This document shows, piece after piece, positions 1-9,169 of a DNA stretch of 64,000 nucleotides. The translations under genes were made by a program, and so were the position numbers. Each line of letters opens with the position of its first letter. Position 1 is the stretch's first letter. This DNA comes from Candidatus Methanomethylicia archaeon (GTDB lineage Archaea > Thermoproteota > Methanomethylicia > CALHIW01): assembly GCA_038845975.1 (NCBI GenBank), contig JAWBQF010000004.1, positions 64,001 through 128,000 of the forward strand, read 5' to 3'. The notes under the pieces are model-generated. The model saw only the letters and a program-made list of their open reading frames with translations. It searched no databases and was not told the origin of the DNA.

Positions 1-540
1 TATGTAAATGCTGTTCTAGCTGGTGAACGAGACGGCATACCACCAAAGAGGTTTAATCTAGGTAACTCACCACATGAGTTTAAGCCAGAAGCTATTAATG
101 GTAGACTAGTGATTTTAACAACAACTAGTGGTACAAGAACAATAAAAAGTGCTAGTAGATTAGGCCCTACCCTCATAGGTGGAATTATCAATATAAAAGC
201 TGTTAGTGAAGCTGCATATAAGCTTGCAGTTGAAAGGGGGAGGGATATAGTTATAGTTATGGCTGGAAGAATAGGATTATTCTTCCTTGAGGATTTTATA
301 GGGGCTGGCTTAATAGCTAATGAGTTGGAGAAGTATAATGTTGTATTAGATGATGTAGCTACAGCATCTTTAAACCTAGTTAAGAATAGTGATTGGAGAA
401 GTTTAGCTGAAAAATCCGAGCATGCCAACTATCTTGCTAGTATAGGTTTCGGAAGAGATGTAGTATATGCTCTAACACCTAACATTTCAAGTACAGTACC
501 AATATTGATTAATAACATCATCACTAAGCTCGGAAAATAA
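1..540 (+). CDS. comB: 2-phosphosulfolactate phosphatase (ComB family), 5'-truncated by window edge
   Basis: Frame 1 is open from base 1: LAGERDG...FNLGNSP...LTTTSGT...LEDFIGAG, typical ComB motifs. Confidence 0.85.
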   Translation, partial: YVNAVLAGERDGIPPKRFNLGNSPHEFKPEAINGRLVILTTTSGTRTIKSASRLGPTLIGGIINIKAVSEAAYKLAVERGRDIVIVMAGRIGLFFLEDFIGAGLIANELEKYNVVLDDVATASLNLVKNSDWRSLAEKSEHANYLASIGFGRDVVYALTPNISSTVPILINNIITKLGK

Positions 541-621
541 CTGGAGCAGCTTAGATTAGTCTTATAAAGCTTCTGTGCAAAAATTTTTATACAACATTAC
601 TTTACATTAGGCGGTGTTTTA

Positions 622-1188
622 ATGTTTGAATTACGTCTCCATGGTAGAGGAGGACAAGGTATTGTTACTGCTGCTGAACTTCTTGTTAAGGCCGCATCTA
701 TAGAAGGAAAGTGGGGTCAAAGCATTCCTATGTTTGGAGCTGAACGTAGAGGAGCTCCTGTTATTGCCTATGCTAGAGTATCTAATAGACCTATTAGAAT
801 TCATAGTCAAATTTATGAGCCTGATGCTGTTGCCGTATTCGACTCTAGAATTATTGAAATTGTTAATGTTACAAGCGGATTGAAAAATGGTGGAGTTATA
901 ATTCTTAATACAAGTAGGGGGGTTGAGGGGCTGAAGCTAAATGGTTATAAAGTTGTTACTGTTGATGCTACCAGAATCGCTGTTAATCTTAAACTTGTTA
1001 CTGCTGGTTTCCCTATTGTTAATACAGCTATGATTGGAGCTATAGTTAAAGCTACAGGCTTAGTAAAGCTTGAATCAGTAATTACAGCTATTAGAAATAC
1101 GTGGAGTGGAGGTTTTGCTAATGGAAACATTAAGGCTGTAGAAAAAGCATATGAGGAGACCGTAGGGGTTGATTATGGAGACCCTTGA
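622..1188 (+). CDS. porG: 2-oxoacid:ferredoxin oxidoreductase gamma subunit (operon 1)
   Basis: RLHGRGGQG, FGAERRGAPV, VNTAMIGA motifs; 188 aa. Confidence 0.92.
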   Translation: MFELRLHGRGGQGIVTAAELLVKAASIEGKWGQSIPMFGAERRGAPVIAYARVSNRPIRIHSQIYEPDAVAVFDSRIIEIVNVTSGLKNGGVIILNTSRGVEGLKLNGYKVVTVDATRIAVNLKLVTAGFPIVNTAMIGAIVKATGLVKLESVITAIRNTWSGGFANGNIKAVEKAYEETVGVDYGDP

Positions 1189-1435
1189 AACACCATTATC
1201 AAAGCCTTCAGAAGGATCAGCTGGAATTACAGGCTACTGGAGAACATTCAAACCAGTAATTAATAAGTCTAAGTGTATAAAATGCTTACTATGCTGGATC
1301 TACTGTCCTGAGGGAACCATAATTAGAGTGGATGATGGTGTAGAGGTTAATTACATGTATTGTAAGGGATGTGGTATATGTGCAAATGAATGTCCAGCTA
1401 AAGCAATAGAGATGGTTTTAGAGGGAGAAATATGA
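1169..1435 (+). CDS. porD: 2-oxoacid:ferredoxin oxidoreductase delta subunit, 2x[4Fe-4S]
   Basis: TGYWRTFKPV, CIKCLLCWIYCP, YCKGCGICANECP. Confidence 0.92.
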   Translation: MIMETLETPLSKPSEGSAGITGYWRTFKPVINKSKCIKCLLCWIYCPEGTIIRVDDGVEVNYMYCKGCGICANECPAKAIEMVLEGEI

Positions 1436-2628
1436 GAGTTGTTTTAACAGGTAATCATGCTGCTGCTTACGCTGCATTACTATCAAGAGTTGAAGTTGTA
1501 GCGGCATATCCTATAACACCACAAACCCAAATTGTTGAGAAGCTAGCTGAGTTTATTGAGGGGGGAAGGCTTAAAGCTAAATATATAAGAGTTGAGTCTG
1601 AACATAGTGCGATGGCTGCCATAATTGGTGCTAGTGCTGCTGGTGCAAGAACTTTTACTGCTACAGCTTCACATGGACTTGTATATATGAATGAAATGGT
1701 TTTCTGGGCTGGAAATGCAAGACTACCTATAGTTATGGCTATAGTATGTAGAGCCTTAGCCCCGCCATGGAATATTTGGACTGAACATACAGATATACTT
1801 GCTCAAAGAGATACTGGATGGATTCAGTTTTTCTGTGAAGATAATCAGGAAGTTTTAGATACTGTTATTCAAGCCTTTAAAATAGCTGAAGATGATAGAG
1901 TTTTACTTCCAGTAATGGTTGGTCTTGATGCATTCATACTCTCACATACAGCTACTCCTGTAGATGTTCCAGAACAGGAGGATATTGATGGATTTCTACC
2001 TCCAAGAAAGCCTTTACCATTCATACTTGATGTTAATAATCCGTTAACCCATTCAAACATGGCATATCCTAATCAAACAATGGAGTTTAGATATAGACTT
2101 CAGAAAGCAATGGAGAGAGCTATGAGGGTTATAATGGAAGTAGATGAAGAATATGGAAGATTAACCGGTAGAAAATATGGTGGATTACTAGACTGTTATA
2201 GATGTGAAGATGCTGATTTAGGGGTTATAGTTATGGGATCTTCTGCAGGTGATGCTAAGGAGGCTATAGATAAACTACGTGATGAAGGATATAAGCCTGG
2301 AGTCATTAGGATTAGAGTTTTCAGACCATTTCCAAGGGAAGAACTTAGGGAAATATGTAGAAGATTTAAGGCTATAGCTGTTATTGATAGGGATCTATCC
2401 CCAGGTTTAGGTGGAATACTCTATACTGAAACACTTACAAGTCTATATGATTTAAAGAATAGACCAATAGTTCAAAACTATATAGCTGGATTAGGTGGAA
2501 GAGATATTAGTGTAAATGATTTTAAATTAATTGTTAGGGAATTATATAGAAATATTGAGGAGGGAGTTGAAATAACTCCTATAAGATGGATTGGAATAGA
2601 GGGAGTTAACTATGAGTTTAAAAATTAA
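1432..2628 (+). CDS. porA: 2-oxoacid:ferredoxin oxidoreductase alpha subunit
   Basis: AYPITPQT, VESEHSA, TATASHGL, GLGGRD motifs. Confidence 0.93.
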   Translation: MRVVLTGNHAAAYAALLSRVEVVAAYPITPQTQIVEKLAEFIEGGRLKAKYIRVESEHSAMAAIIGASAAGARTFTATASHGLVYMNEMVFWAGNARLPIVMAIVCRALAPPWNIWTEHTDILAQRDTGWIQFFCEDNQEVLDTVIQAFKIAEDDRVLLPVMVGLDAFILSHTATPVDVPEQEDIDGFLPPRKPLPFILDVNNPLTHSNMAYPNQTMEFRYRLQKAMERAMRVIMEVDEEYGRLTGRKYGGLLDCYRCEDADLGVIVMGSSAGDAKEAIDKLRDEGYKPGVIRIRVFRPFPREELREICRRFKAIAVIDRDLSPGLGGILYTETLTSLYDLKNRPIVQNYIAGLGGRDISVNDFKLIVRELYRNIEEGVEITPIRWIGIEGVNYEFKN

Positions 2629-3520
2629 AGATCTTCCTATTGAGGATTATTGGCTACCTGGCAACCCATCATGTCCCGGATGCCCAGCCTCACTTGGATT
2701 AAGATTACTTATGAAAGCCCTTGGACCTAAAACAATAACCATTATACCTGCATGCTGTTCAACAATAATTCAGGGAACATATCCTAAAACCTCAGCAAAC
2801 TTTCCAATACTTAACATAGCGTTTGCAGCTTCAGCAGCTGCTGCTTCAGGCATTGTTGAAGCATTAGAGCTTAAAGGTAAAAATAACGTTAATGTTGTTG
2901 TCTGGGCAGGTGATGGTGGAACTGTAGATATAGGACTGCAAGCGCTTAGTGGTGCTGCAGAGAGAAATGAAAATATTATTTACATATGTTATGATAATGA
3001 AGCGTATATGAATACGGGAATACAGCGTTCAGGCGCAACTCCCTACGGTGCATGGACAACAACAACCATTACAGGTAAAAAGGAACACAAGAAGAATTTA
3101 CCGCTAATAATGATTGCTCATGGAATACCATATGTAGCAACAGCATCAGTATCCTATCCTATAGACTTTATAACTAAATTGAGAAAGGCATCTAAAATTT
3201 ATGGAATGAAGTATATACACTTACATTCTCCATGTCCAACAGGGTGGAGGTTCCCATCAGACAAAACAATAGAAATCGGTAGATTAGCTGTTCTTACAGG
3301 TACATGGATATTATATGAAGTTGAAAATGGAACATTTAAACTAAATCCTCCAAGTAATATCTTAATAGATAAGAGTAAAAGAAAGCCGATAAGAAACTAC
3401 ATAAAGATTCAGGGAAGATTCTCTCATTTAAATGATGAGGATATAGATGAGCTGCAAAAATATGTAGATAGACAGTGGGAAACCTGCTTAAAGCTTCTAT
3501 CTATAGGTAAAGTCTATTAG
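2612..3520 (+). CDS. porB: 2-oxoacid:ferredoxin oxidoreductase beta subunit (TPP-binding)
   Basis: CPGCP, GDGG...DNEAYMNTGIQRS, SPCPTGW; substrate specificity cannot be read from sequence. Confidence 0.93.
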   Translation: MSLKIKDLPIEDYWLPGNPSCPGCPASLGLRLLMKALGPKTITIIPACCSTIIQGTYPKTSANFPILNIAFAASAAAASGIVEALELKGKNNVNVVVWAGDGGTVDIGLQALSGAAERNENIIYICYDNEAYMNTGIQRSGATPYGAWTTTTITGKKEHKKNLPLIMIAHGIPYVATASVSYPIDFITKLRKASKIYGMKYIHLHSPCPTGWRFPSDKTIEIGRLAVLTGTWILYEVENGTFKLNPPSNILIDKSKRKPIRNYIKIQGRFSHLNDEDIDELQKYVDRQWETCLKLLSIGKVY

Positions 3521-3714
3521 ACTATTGTAGAGCATCATGTAAAATATTGAATTTAAGCATGATATAGTTTAGAAGTTAGGAATCTAATGAAGAGAATACA
3601 ACATATTGGGTTAGAATTAAACTATTCGACAATTATATACCGTGCATGAAAGATAGGTGTGATAGTGAATGTGTATCCATGCTTATGGAGTCAGTAGTAT
3701 AGCCACCATTTAAT

Positions 3715-3771
3715 TCATAGAATATACAATACCAAAATAGAGGTGATAAAACATCTTAAGTTAACAAATCC
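3715..3771. repeat. Isolated end of the IS6-like element at 54655-55351
   Basis: catagaatatacaataccaaaatagaggtgataaaacatcttaagttaacaaatcc closely matches the reverse complement of 54655-54712. Confidence 0.75.
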
Positions 3772-3827
3772 CATAAAAATAACTTAATATTTAAATATTT
3801 TTATTCTATTTATTAAATGGTGCTTAT

Positions 3828-5528
3828 GTGACTTGGGAAAAACCTTGGTTTAAATTTTATCCTGTAGGTATTTCAAAAGAAGCTAAGATTCCTGAAGTAA
3901 GATTAGATGAGCTTTTAAAGAAAACCGCACAAGAGTTTCCTGGTAGAGTTTTTCTAAGATTTATGGGGGTTAAGTTTACATTTAGATATGTTGATGAGTT
4001 AGTAGATAGATTTACAACTGCTTTAGCTGATCTTGGTGTTAAAAAGGGAAGTGTTATTGCTATAATGCTTCCAAATTGTCCTCAGTTTGCTATAGCATAT
4101 TATGGAGCCTTAAGAGCCGGGGCAATAGTTACGACTTTAAACCCACTATATACTGCTAGAGAAGTAGAGTTTCAGCTGAATGATAGTGAATCAGAGATAC
4201 TTATAGTTTTAGATGTACTTTATACTAGCATCATTAGAGATATTAAAAATAAGACTTTCATTAAAAAGATAATCATTACAAATATTGCTGATTTCCTACC
4301 GCCATTAAAGAGGATGCTAGGCAAGTTTTTAAAGAAAATTCCTCAAGCTAAAGTTGAAGCAGCACCAGATATATATCTACTAATGAATTTAATTAAAAAA
4401 TATAGGCCAAATCCACCTAAAGTGGATATTAATGTAAAGGATGATGTTGCAGTACTCCTATATACAGGTGGAACAACAGGTACTCCAAAAGGAGCTATGC
4501 TAACACATTACAATATGGTTGCAAATGCTATACAATGTAATCTATGGTCTGGAACCAGAACCGGAGCAGAGGTTCTTATTGGCGTTCTTCCATGGTATCA
4601 TGTTTACGGTCAAACAGTAGTATTGAATAGTGCTGCAGCCATGGGTGGAACGGTAATAGTGTATCCAAGATTTGATGTTGAGGAGATAATGAGAGGTATA
4701 CAGGAAAATAAAGCTACATTATTTCCAGCTGTTGCAACAATATATAATGCTATTAATAATCATCCAAGCGTTAAGAAGTATAGTTTAAGTAGTTTAAGAG
4801 CAGGTATAAGTGGAGCAGGCCCGTTACCACTATCAATACAGGAAACATTTGAGAAGCTTACAGGAGCTTTAATATGTGAGGGATATGGATTAACAGAAGC
4901 AGCACCAGTAACTCATTGTAACCCTCTTAACCCAGAACTTAGAAAGGTGGGAAGTATAGGTATTCCACTACCAAGTACGGATGCTGGTATTATGCATATT
5001 GAGAAAAACGAATTTCTAAAACCTGGAGAAGAAGGGGAAATCGTGGTTTCAGGACCACAGGTTATGAAGGGATACTGGAGGAAACCTGAAGAAACTAGAA
5101 AGACATTAATTGTTATGAATGGGAAAATATGGCTACGTACAGGAGATATTGGGAAGATGGATGAAGATGGATTCTTCTACGTTATTGATCGGAAGAAGGA
5201 GTTAATAAAGTATAAGGGATGGTCTATATATCCGAGAGAAGTAGAGGAAGTACTGTTTAGTCACGAAGCTGTAAAAGATGCAGCAGTAGTAGGAATACCT
5301 GATCCTTCGGTTGGTGAGTGGATTAAAGCATATGTTGTATTAAAAGATGAGTATAAGGGAAAGGTAACAGTAAATGATTTAATAGAATGGTGTAAGAAAA
5401 ATCTTGCTCCATACAAGATACCTAAAGAAATAGAGTTTAGAGATCAATTACCAAGAACAATTGTAGGGAAGCTATTGAGAAGACTATTAAGAGATGAAGA
5501 AATAGCAAAACGTAGAACTACAACATAA
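3828..5528 (+). CDS. fadD: Long-chain-fatty-acid--CoA ligase (ANL superfamily)
   Basis: YTGGTTGTPKGA, EGYGLTE, RTGDIG, DRKKELIK, PRTIVGK motifs. Confidence 0.9.
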   Translation: MTWEKPWFKFYPVGISKEAKIPEVRLDELLKKTAQEFPGRVFLRFMGVKFTFRYVDELVDRFTTALADLGVKKGSVIAIMLPNCPQFAIAYYGALRAGAIVTTLNPLYTAREVEFQLNDSESEILIVLDVLYTSIIRDIKNKTFIKKIIITNIADFLPPLKRMLGKFLKKIPQAKVEAAPDIYLLMNLIKKYRPNPPKVDINVKDDVAVLLYTGGTTGTPKGAMLTHYNMVANAIQCNLWSGTRTGAEVLIGVLPWYHVYGQTVVLNSAAAMGGTVIVYPRFDVEEIMRGIQENKATLFPAVATIYNAINNHPSVKKYSLSSLRAGISGAGPLPLSIQETFEKLTGALICEGYGLTEAAPVTHCNPLNPELRKVGSIGIPLPSTDAGIMHIEKNEFLKPGEEGEIVVSGPQVMKGYWRKPEETRKTLIVMNGKIWLRTGDIGKMDEDGFFYVIDRKKELIKYKGWSIYPREVEEVLFSHEAVKDAAVVGIPDPSVGEWIKAYVVLKDEYKGKVTVNDLIEWCKKNLAPYKIPKEIEFRDQLPRTIVGKLLRRLLRDEEIAKRRTTT

Positions 5529-6132
5529 CCATTATAAAATATACTTAAATAATAAACCTTCTTTATGATAGAATCTCAAGACGCTTGACTACTTAGAGTA
5601 AATTAAAGAAGACGTTAAACCATATAATTCCACCTATTTAAAATCTAGTTAGAATTTAAGAAGTCAAAGTATCACATGCTATTTTATTGCATTCTTCCAT
5701 TCAATTTGCCCTATTATATAGGGTTGTTTACTGTATTGAGCTAAGAATACTTAGTTTTCTATTAAAGATAAATATACTGATTCTACTATGTTTCTCTTAC
5801 TAAAAGATGTTTCTGACATGGTTTAAATTTAGTACTTACATGCTACTCTATAATTGTCCTGCCAACCTAGATTTCATATTTATGTGCTGATAAGTAATGA
5901 ATGTAAAGTATGTAAGCTTAATAATATTTAAAGTAGATGTATACAGATAAGTCAAAATAATTTATTAGTTTTTAAAAGTATTGAGTAACATAATAAATGT
6001 ATAATTTAGATGCTGGAATTATAGGAATGTGTTAGAAAGATGAAAATAATAAAACTTCTAAAGATCACAAAGCCCTCTAGTTTTAACGATAGGCTTATAT
6101 ACTATTACTAAAAATACTTTTTGGTGTTCTAT

Positions 6133-6732
6133 ATGTCTTGGAATGAGGATTTTCCATCATGGTGGCGTAGAAGAAGAAAAAGCATACTTCCATCTTTTGA
6201 GGATATATTTGCAGAGTTTGATAGAATATTTGAGGAAATGTTACGTGGAATAGGTGAGGAAATTCCTAGAGGTTTAATTAGAGAAAGAAGACTTCCAGAT
6301 GGTAGGATAGTCCGTGAAACTGGACCAATAGTATGGGGATATTCAGTAACTATAGGCCCTGATGGAAAGCCACAAATAAGAGAATTCGGAAATGTTAAGC
6401 CTAGAATTAAGGAAACACCGTTCGGCGCTAAACCATCAGTAGAGGTTTTGGAAGAAAGAGAGCCGCTAGTTGATGTCATTGAGACAGAAGACCAAGTTAA
6501 GATTATAGCAGAGCTACCAGGTGTAGAGAAAGATGATATAAAGCTTAATGCAACAGAGAAAACACTTACAATATCTGTTGATACTGAGAGAAGAAGATAC
6601 TATAAGGAGCTTCAACTACCAGTAGAAGTTGATCCTGAAAGTGCTAAGGCATCATATAAAAATGGAGTATTAGAAGTGCAATTAGTAAAGAAAATTAAGA
6701 GTAAACCAGGAAAACATATTAAAATAGAGTAA
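6133..6732 (+). CDS. hsp20: Archaeal small heat-shock protein Hsp20
   Basis: GPIVWGYSVTIGPDGKP.IREFGN, EREPLVDV, AELPGV, ASYKNGVLEV; ATG at 6133 follows GGTG. Confidence 0.92.
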   Translation: MSWNEDFPSWWRRRRKSILPSFEDIFAEFDRIFEEMLRGIGEEIPRGLIRERRLPDGRIVRETGPIVWGYSVTIGPDGKPQIREFGNVKPRIKETPFGAKPSVEVLEEREPLVDVIETEDQVKIIAELPGVEKDDIKLNATEKTLTISVDTERRRYYKELQLPVEVDPESAKASYKNGVLEVQLVKKIKSKPGKHIKIE

Positions 6733-7105
6733 CATCTAAACTAATCTTAGTGACCATCTTTTTCATCCTAACTATTACTAGGATAGAGTCTATCTCGATA
6801 TTGTATTCATCAACTATACTTCCTAATCAATATGAATTACAGATGATAGCTCACAGAATCTATGAATCCTACATAGAGTTTCATAGCTTAATAGGTAAAA
6901 TCCTACTCATACATCTTAAGCTACATCCAAGAATAAGTTAATAAACTGTAATCAAATATAAATGATGTCCTCATCCCCTGAAGAAACTATAATTGCTAAC
7001 CATACTCAATATCAGAATGGGAATATACCCAAATAAAACTTCCAAAGTTGATGGGGCAATTATTTAAAATGGAAACATTTAAGTGTATGTAATAAATTAG
7101 GGCAT

Positions 7106-7112
7106 GGTGAGG
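7106..7112 (+). promoter_or_regulatory. Shine-Dalgarno-like GGTGAGG upstream of the true start of the interrupted gamma-subunit gene
   Basis: GGTGAGG directly before ATG 7115; AT-rich TTTAAG about 35 nt upstream. Confidence 0.55.
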
Positions 7113-7114
7113 CT

Positions 7115-7720
7115 ATGAAGTTTATTGAAATTAGATGGCATGGTAGAGGTGGTATGGGAATAGTTACTGTTGCAAGAATACTTGCAGAAGCAGCGCTTCT
7201 GGAGGGAAGATATTCACAGGCATTTCCTCATTTCGGCCCAGAATGTAGTATCTAGGCCTATAGGCCTAGATACTACCTGGAGCGTTCAGGAGCTCCTGTA
7301 GATGGATTTACTAGAATTGCAGATTTTCCTATTGAAATTCATAGTCAAATTTATAATCCTGATGTTGTTGTAGTAGTAGATCCAACATTGATTGGAGTTA
7401 TTGATGTTACACATGGACTTAAAAAGGATGGGAAATTAGTAATTAACTTTAGAGGGAAACCAATCGATATTAGGAATAAACTTAATATTGATAAAAGTAT
7501 AAAGGTTTTTGTTGTTGATGCTAAAAGAATAGCTTTAGATATTTTAGGTAGACCTATCTATAATACACCTATGCTTGGTGCTACTATTAAAGCTATTGAA
7601 GGACTTGTTTCATTAAAATCAGTAGTTGAAGCTACTATGAGTAGGTTTAAGGGAGAGTTAGGATTAAAAAACGTTGAAGCTATTAAAAGAGCTTATGAAG
7701 AGGTGATTTCCGATGAGTAA
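7115..7720 (+). CDS. porG: 2-oxoacid:ferredoxin oxidoreductase gamma subunit (operon 2), split gene join(7115..7243,7283..7720), 188 aa after splicing
   Basis: Exon 1 [18 protein letters not shown]...QAFPHFGPE; exon 2 [12 protein letters not shown]...IHSQIYNPD...IYNTPMLGA. The ORF track shows only the C-terminal part (7388-7720) because of the in-frame TAG at 7253. Confidence 0.9.
7244..7282 (+). other. Putative 39-nt bulge-helix-bulge (BHB) intron in a protein-coding gene
   Basis: Central helix CCAG(7238-41)/CUGG(7277-80); 3-nt bulges AAU(7242-44) and AGC(7281-83); inner stem from the perfect palindrome 7245-7276; outer pairing GGC/GUU. Removal restores FGPERSGAPV. Confidence 0.85.
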
Positions 7721-7991
7721 AACTGGATGGCGTAGCTTACCAGTTGCAGGTATTATTCCTAAAGCTGGCTCCAGTTTAGAATATAAGACAGGTACATGGA
7801 GAGCTTTTAAACCAGTAGTTGATGAGAGTAAATGTACGTTCTGCTTATTATGCTGGATCTATTGTCCTGATGGAGCTGTTAAACGTTTTGATAGTAATAG
7901 AAAGATTTCTATTGATTACGATTACTGTAAAGGATGTGGTATATGTGCTTCAGAATGCCCTGTTAAGGCTATAAGTATGGTGGAGGAGTGA
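7713..7991 (+). CDS. porD: 2-oxoacid:ferredoxin oxidoreductase delta subunit (operon 2)
   Basis: YKTGTWRAFKPV, CTFCLLCWIYCPD, YCKGCGICASECP. Confidence 0.92.
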   Translation: MSKTGWRSLPVAGIIPKAGSSLEYKTGTWRAFKPVVDESKCTFCLLCWIYCPDGAVKRFDSNRKISIDYDYCKGCGICASECPVKAISMVEE

Positions 7992-9169
7992 GTACTATGA
8001 GGATTATTGGTTTAACAGGTGATGAGGCTGTAGCTTATGCTGTTAAGCAGTGTGACGTTGATGTTATTGCTGCATATCCCATTACACCACAGACAATCAT
8101 TGTTGAGAGAATTAGTGATTTTGTTGCTAACGGTGAAATAGATGCTGAATATGTATGTGTTGAATCAGAACATTCAGCTCTCTCCGCATGTATTGGTGCA
8201 AGTGTAATGGGTGCTAGAGTATTTACTGCTACAGCTAGTCAGGGTCTAGCTTTAATGCATGAAATACTCTATATAGCTTCCTCTCTTAGGCTACCTATTG
8301 TTATGGCTGTTGTAAATAGAGCCTTATCTGCACCTATTAATATTCATGGAGACCATTCTGATATGATGGGGTCTAGAGATTGTGGATGGATTCAAATTTA
8401 TACTGAAAACGCTCAGGAAGCATATGACACTACAATTCAAGCATTTAAAATTGCTGAAGACCCCAATGCATCTCTACCTGTAACTGTTAATCTTGACGGT
8501 TTTATAATTTCACATTCAATGGAGAGAGTTGAAATCCTAAATGATGAAGATGTTAAAAGATTTCTCCCACCTAGAAAACCTTTATATAGACTTGATGTAG
8601 AAAACCCAATAACTATTGGGTCACTATGCTTTACCGATTACTACTTCGAGTTTAAAAGACAGCAAGCCGAAGCCATAGAGGAATCATACAAGACAATAAT
8701 GAGTGTTATGAATGAATATAGTAAAGCATCAGGTAGAAGCTATAAGTTTATAGATACATATGGTATTGAAGATGCTGAGGTACTGATTGTCTGCATGGGA
8801 AGTACATGTGGAACTGCTAGATTTACAGCTAAAAGACTAAGAGAAAGAGGAGAGAAAGTAGGAATTGTTAAGGTATCACTATATAGACCGTTTCCAAGTA
8901 AAGAAATAATTGAAGCTATCAAAAATGCTGAAGCCCTGGTTGTTATGGATAGAGCTGTAAGCTTTGGGGCTCCCTCAGGACCGCTATGCTCAGACATTAA
9001 AAATACACTATATGATGCTGGATTAAGAATAAAGATTTTAAATATAATCTATGGTCTTGGAGGAAGAGATGTCTCACAAAGTGATGTAGAGCAAGCGTTT
9101 AAGCTAGGCTTTAAATTAAAATCAGGAGATGTAAAAGATAAAGTCTTATGGCTAGGGGTGAGAGAATAA
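7988..9169 (+). CDS. porA: Pyruvate/2-oxoacid:ferredoxin oxidoreductase alpha subunit (operon 2)
   Basis: AYPITPQT, VESEHSA, TATASQGL, NRALSAPINIHGDH, YGLGGRD. Confidence 0.93.
   Translation: MSTMRIIGLTGDEAVAYAVKQCDVDVIAAYPITPQTIIVERISDFVANGEIDAEYVCVESEHSALSACIGASVMGARVFTATASQGLALMHEILYIASSLRLPIVMAVVNRALSAPINIHGDHSDMMGSRDCGWIQIYTENAQEAYDTTIQAFKIAEDPNASLPVTVNLDGFIISHSMERVEILNDEDVKRFLPPRKPLYRLDVENPITIGSLCFTDYYFEFKRQQAEAIEESYKTIMSVMNEYSKASGRSYKFIDTYGIEDAEVLIVCMGSTCGTARFTAKRLRERGEKVGIVKVSLYRPFPSKEIIEAIKNAEALVVMDRAVSFGAPSGPLCSDIKNTLYDAGLRIKILNIIYGLGGRDVSQSDVEQAFKLGFKLKSGDVKDKVLWLGVRE

Noticed and set aside
1-540. comB plus Hdr-like and sulfonate-type ABC genes as evidence of methanogenesis or coenzyme M metabolism
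   Set aside because: ComB, CCG-domain proteins and NitT/TauT transporters are widespread; no mcr, mtr or comA/comDE genes are in the window.
6750-6941. 63-aa ORF after hsp20
   Set aside because: No recognisable motif or RBS; lies in an AT-rich, probably IS-derived spacer.
7253-7255. In-frame TAG with a hairpin read as pyrrolysine or stop-codon readthrough
   Set aside because: Readthrough would leave 13 extra residues inside the conserved FGxERxGAP motif, whereas BHB excision restores both the motif and the exact paralog length.
7245-7276. Palindrome as a terminator or assembly fold-back artefact
   Set aside because: It lies mid-gene with no U-tract, and the flanks form exact BHB geometry with correct reading-frame restoration, which is unlikely for an artefact. 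Read-level confirmation is still needed.
7388-7720. ORF-track 110-aa protein as a complete gene
   Set aside because: It is the C-terminal part of the split gamma subunit; the HGRGG N-terminus is encoded from 7115.
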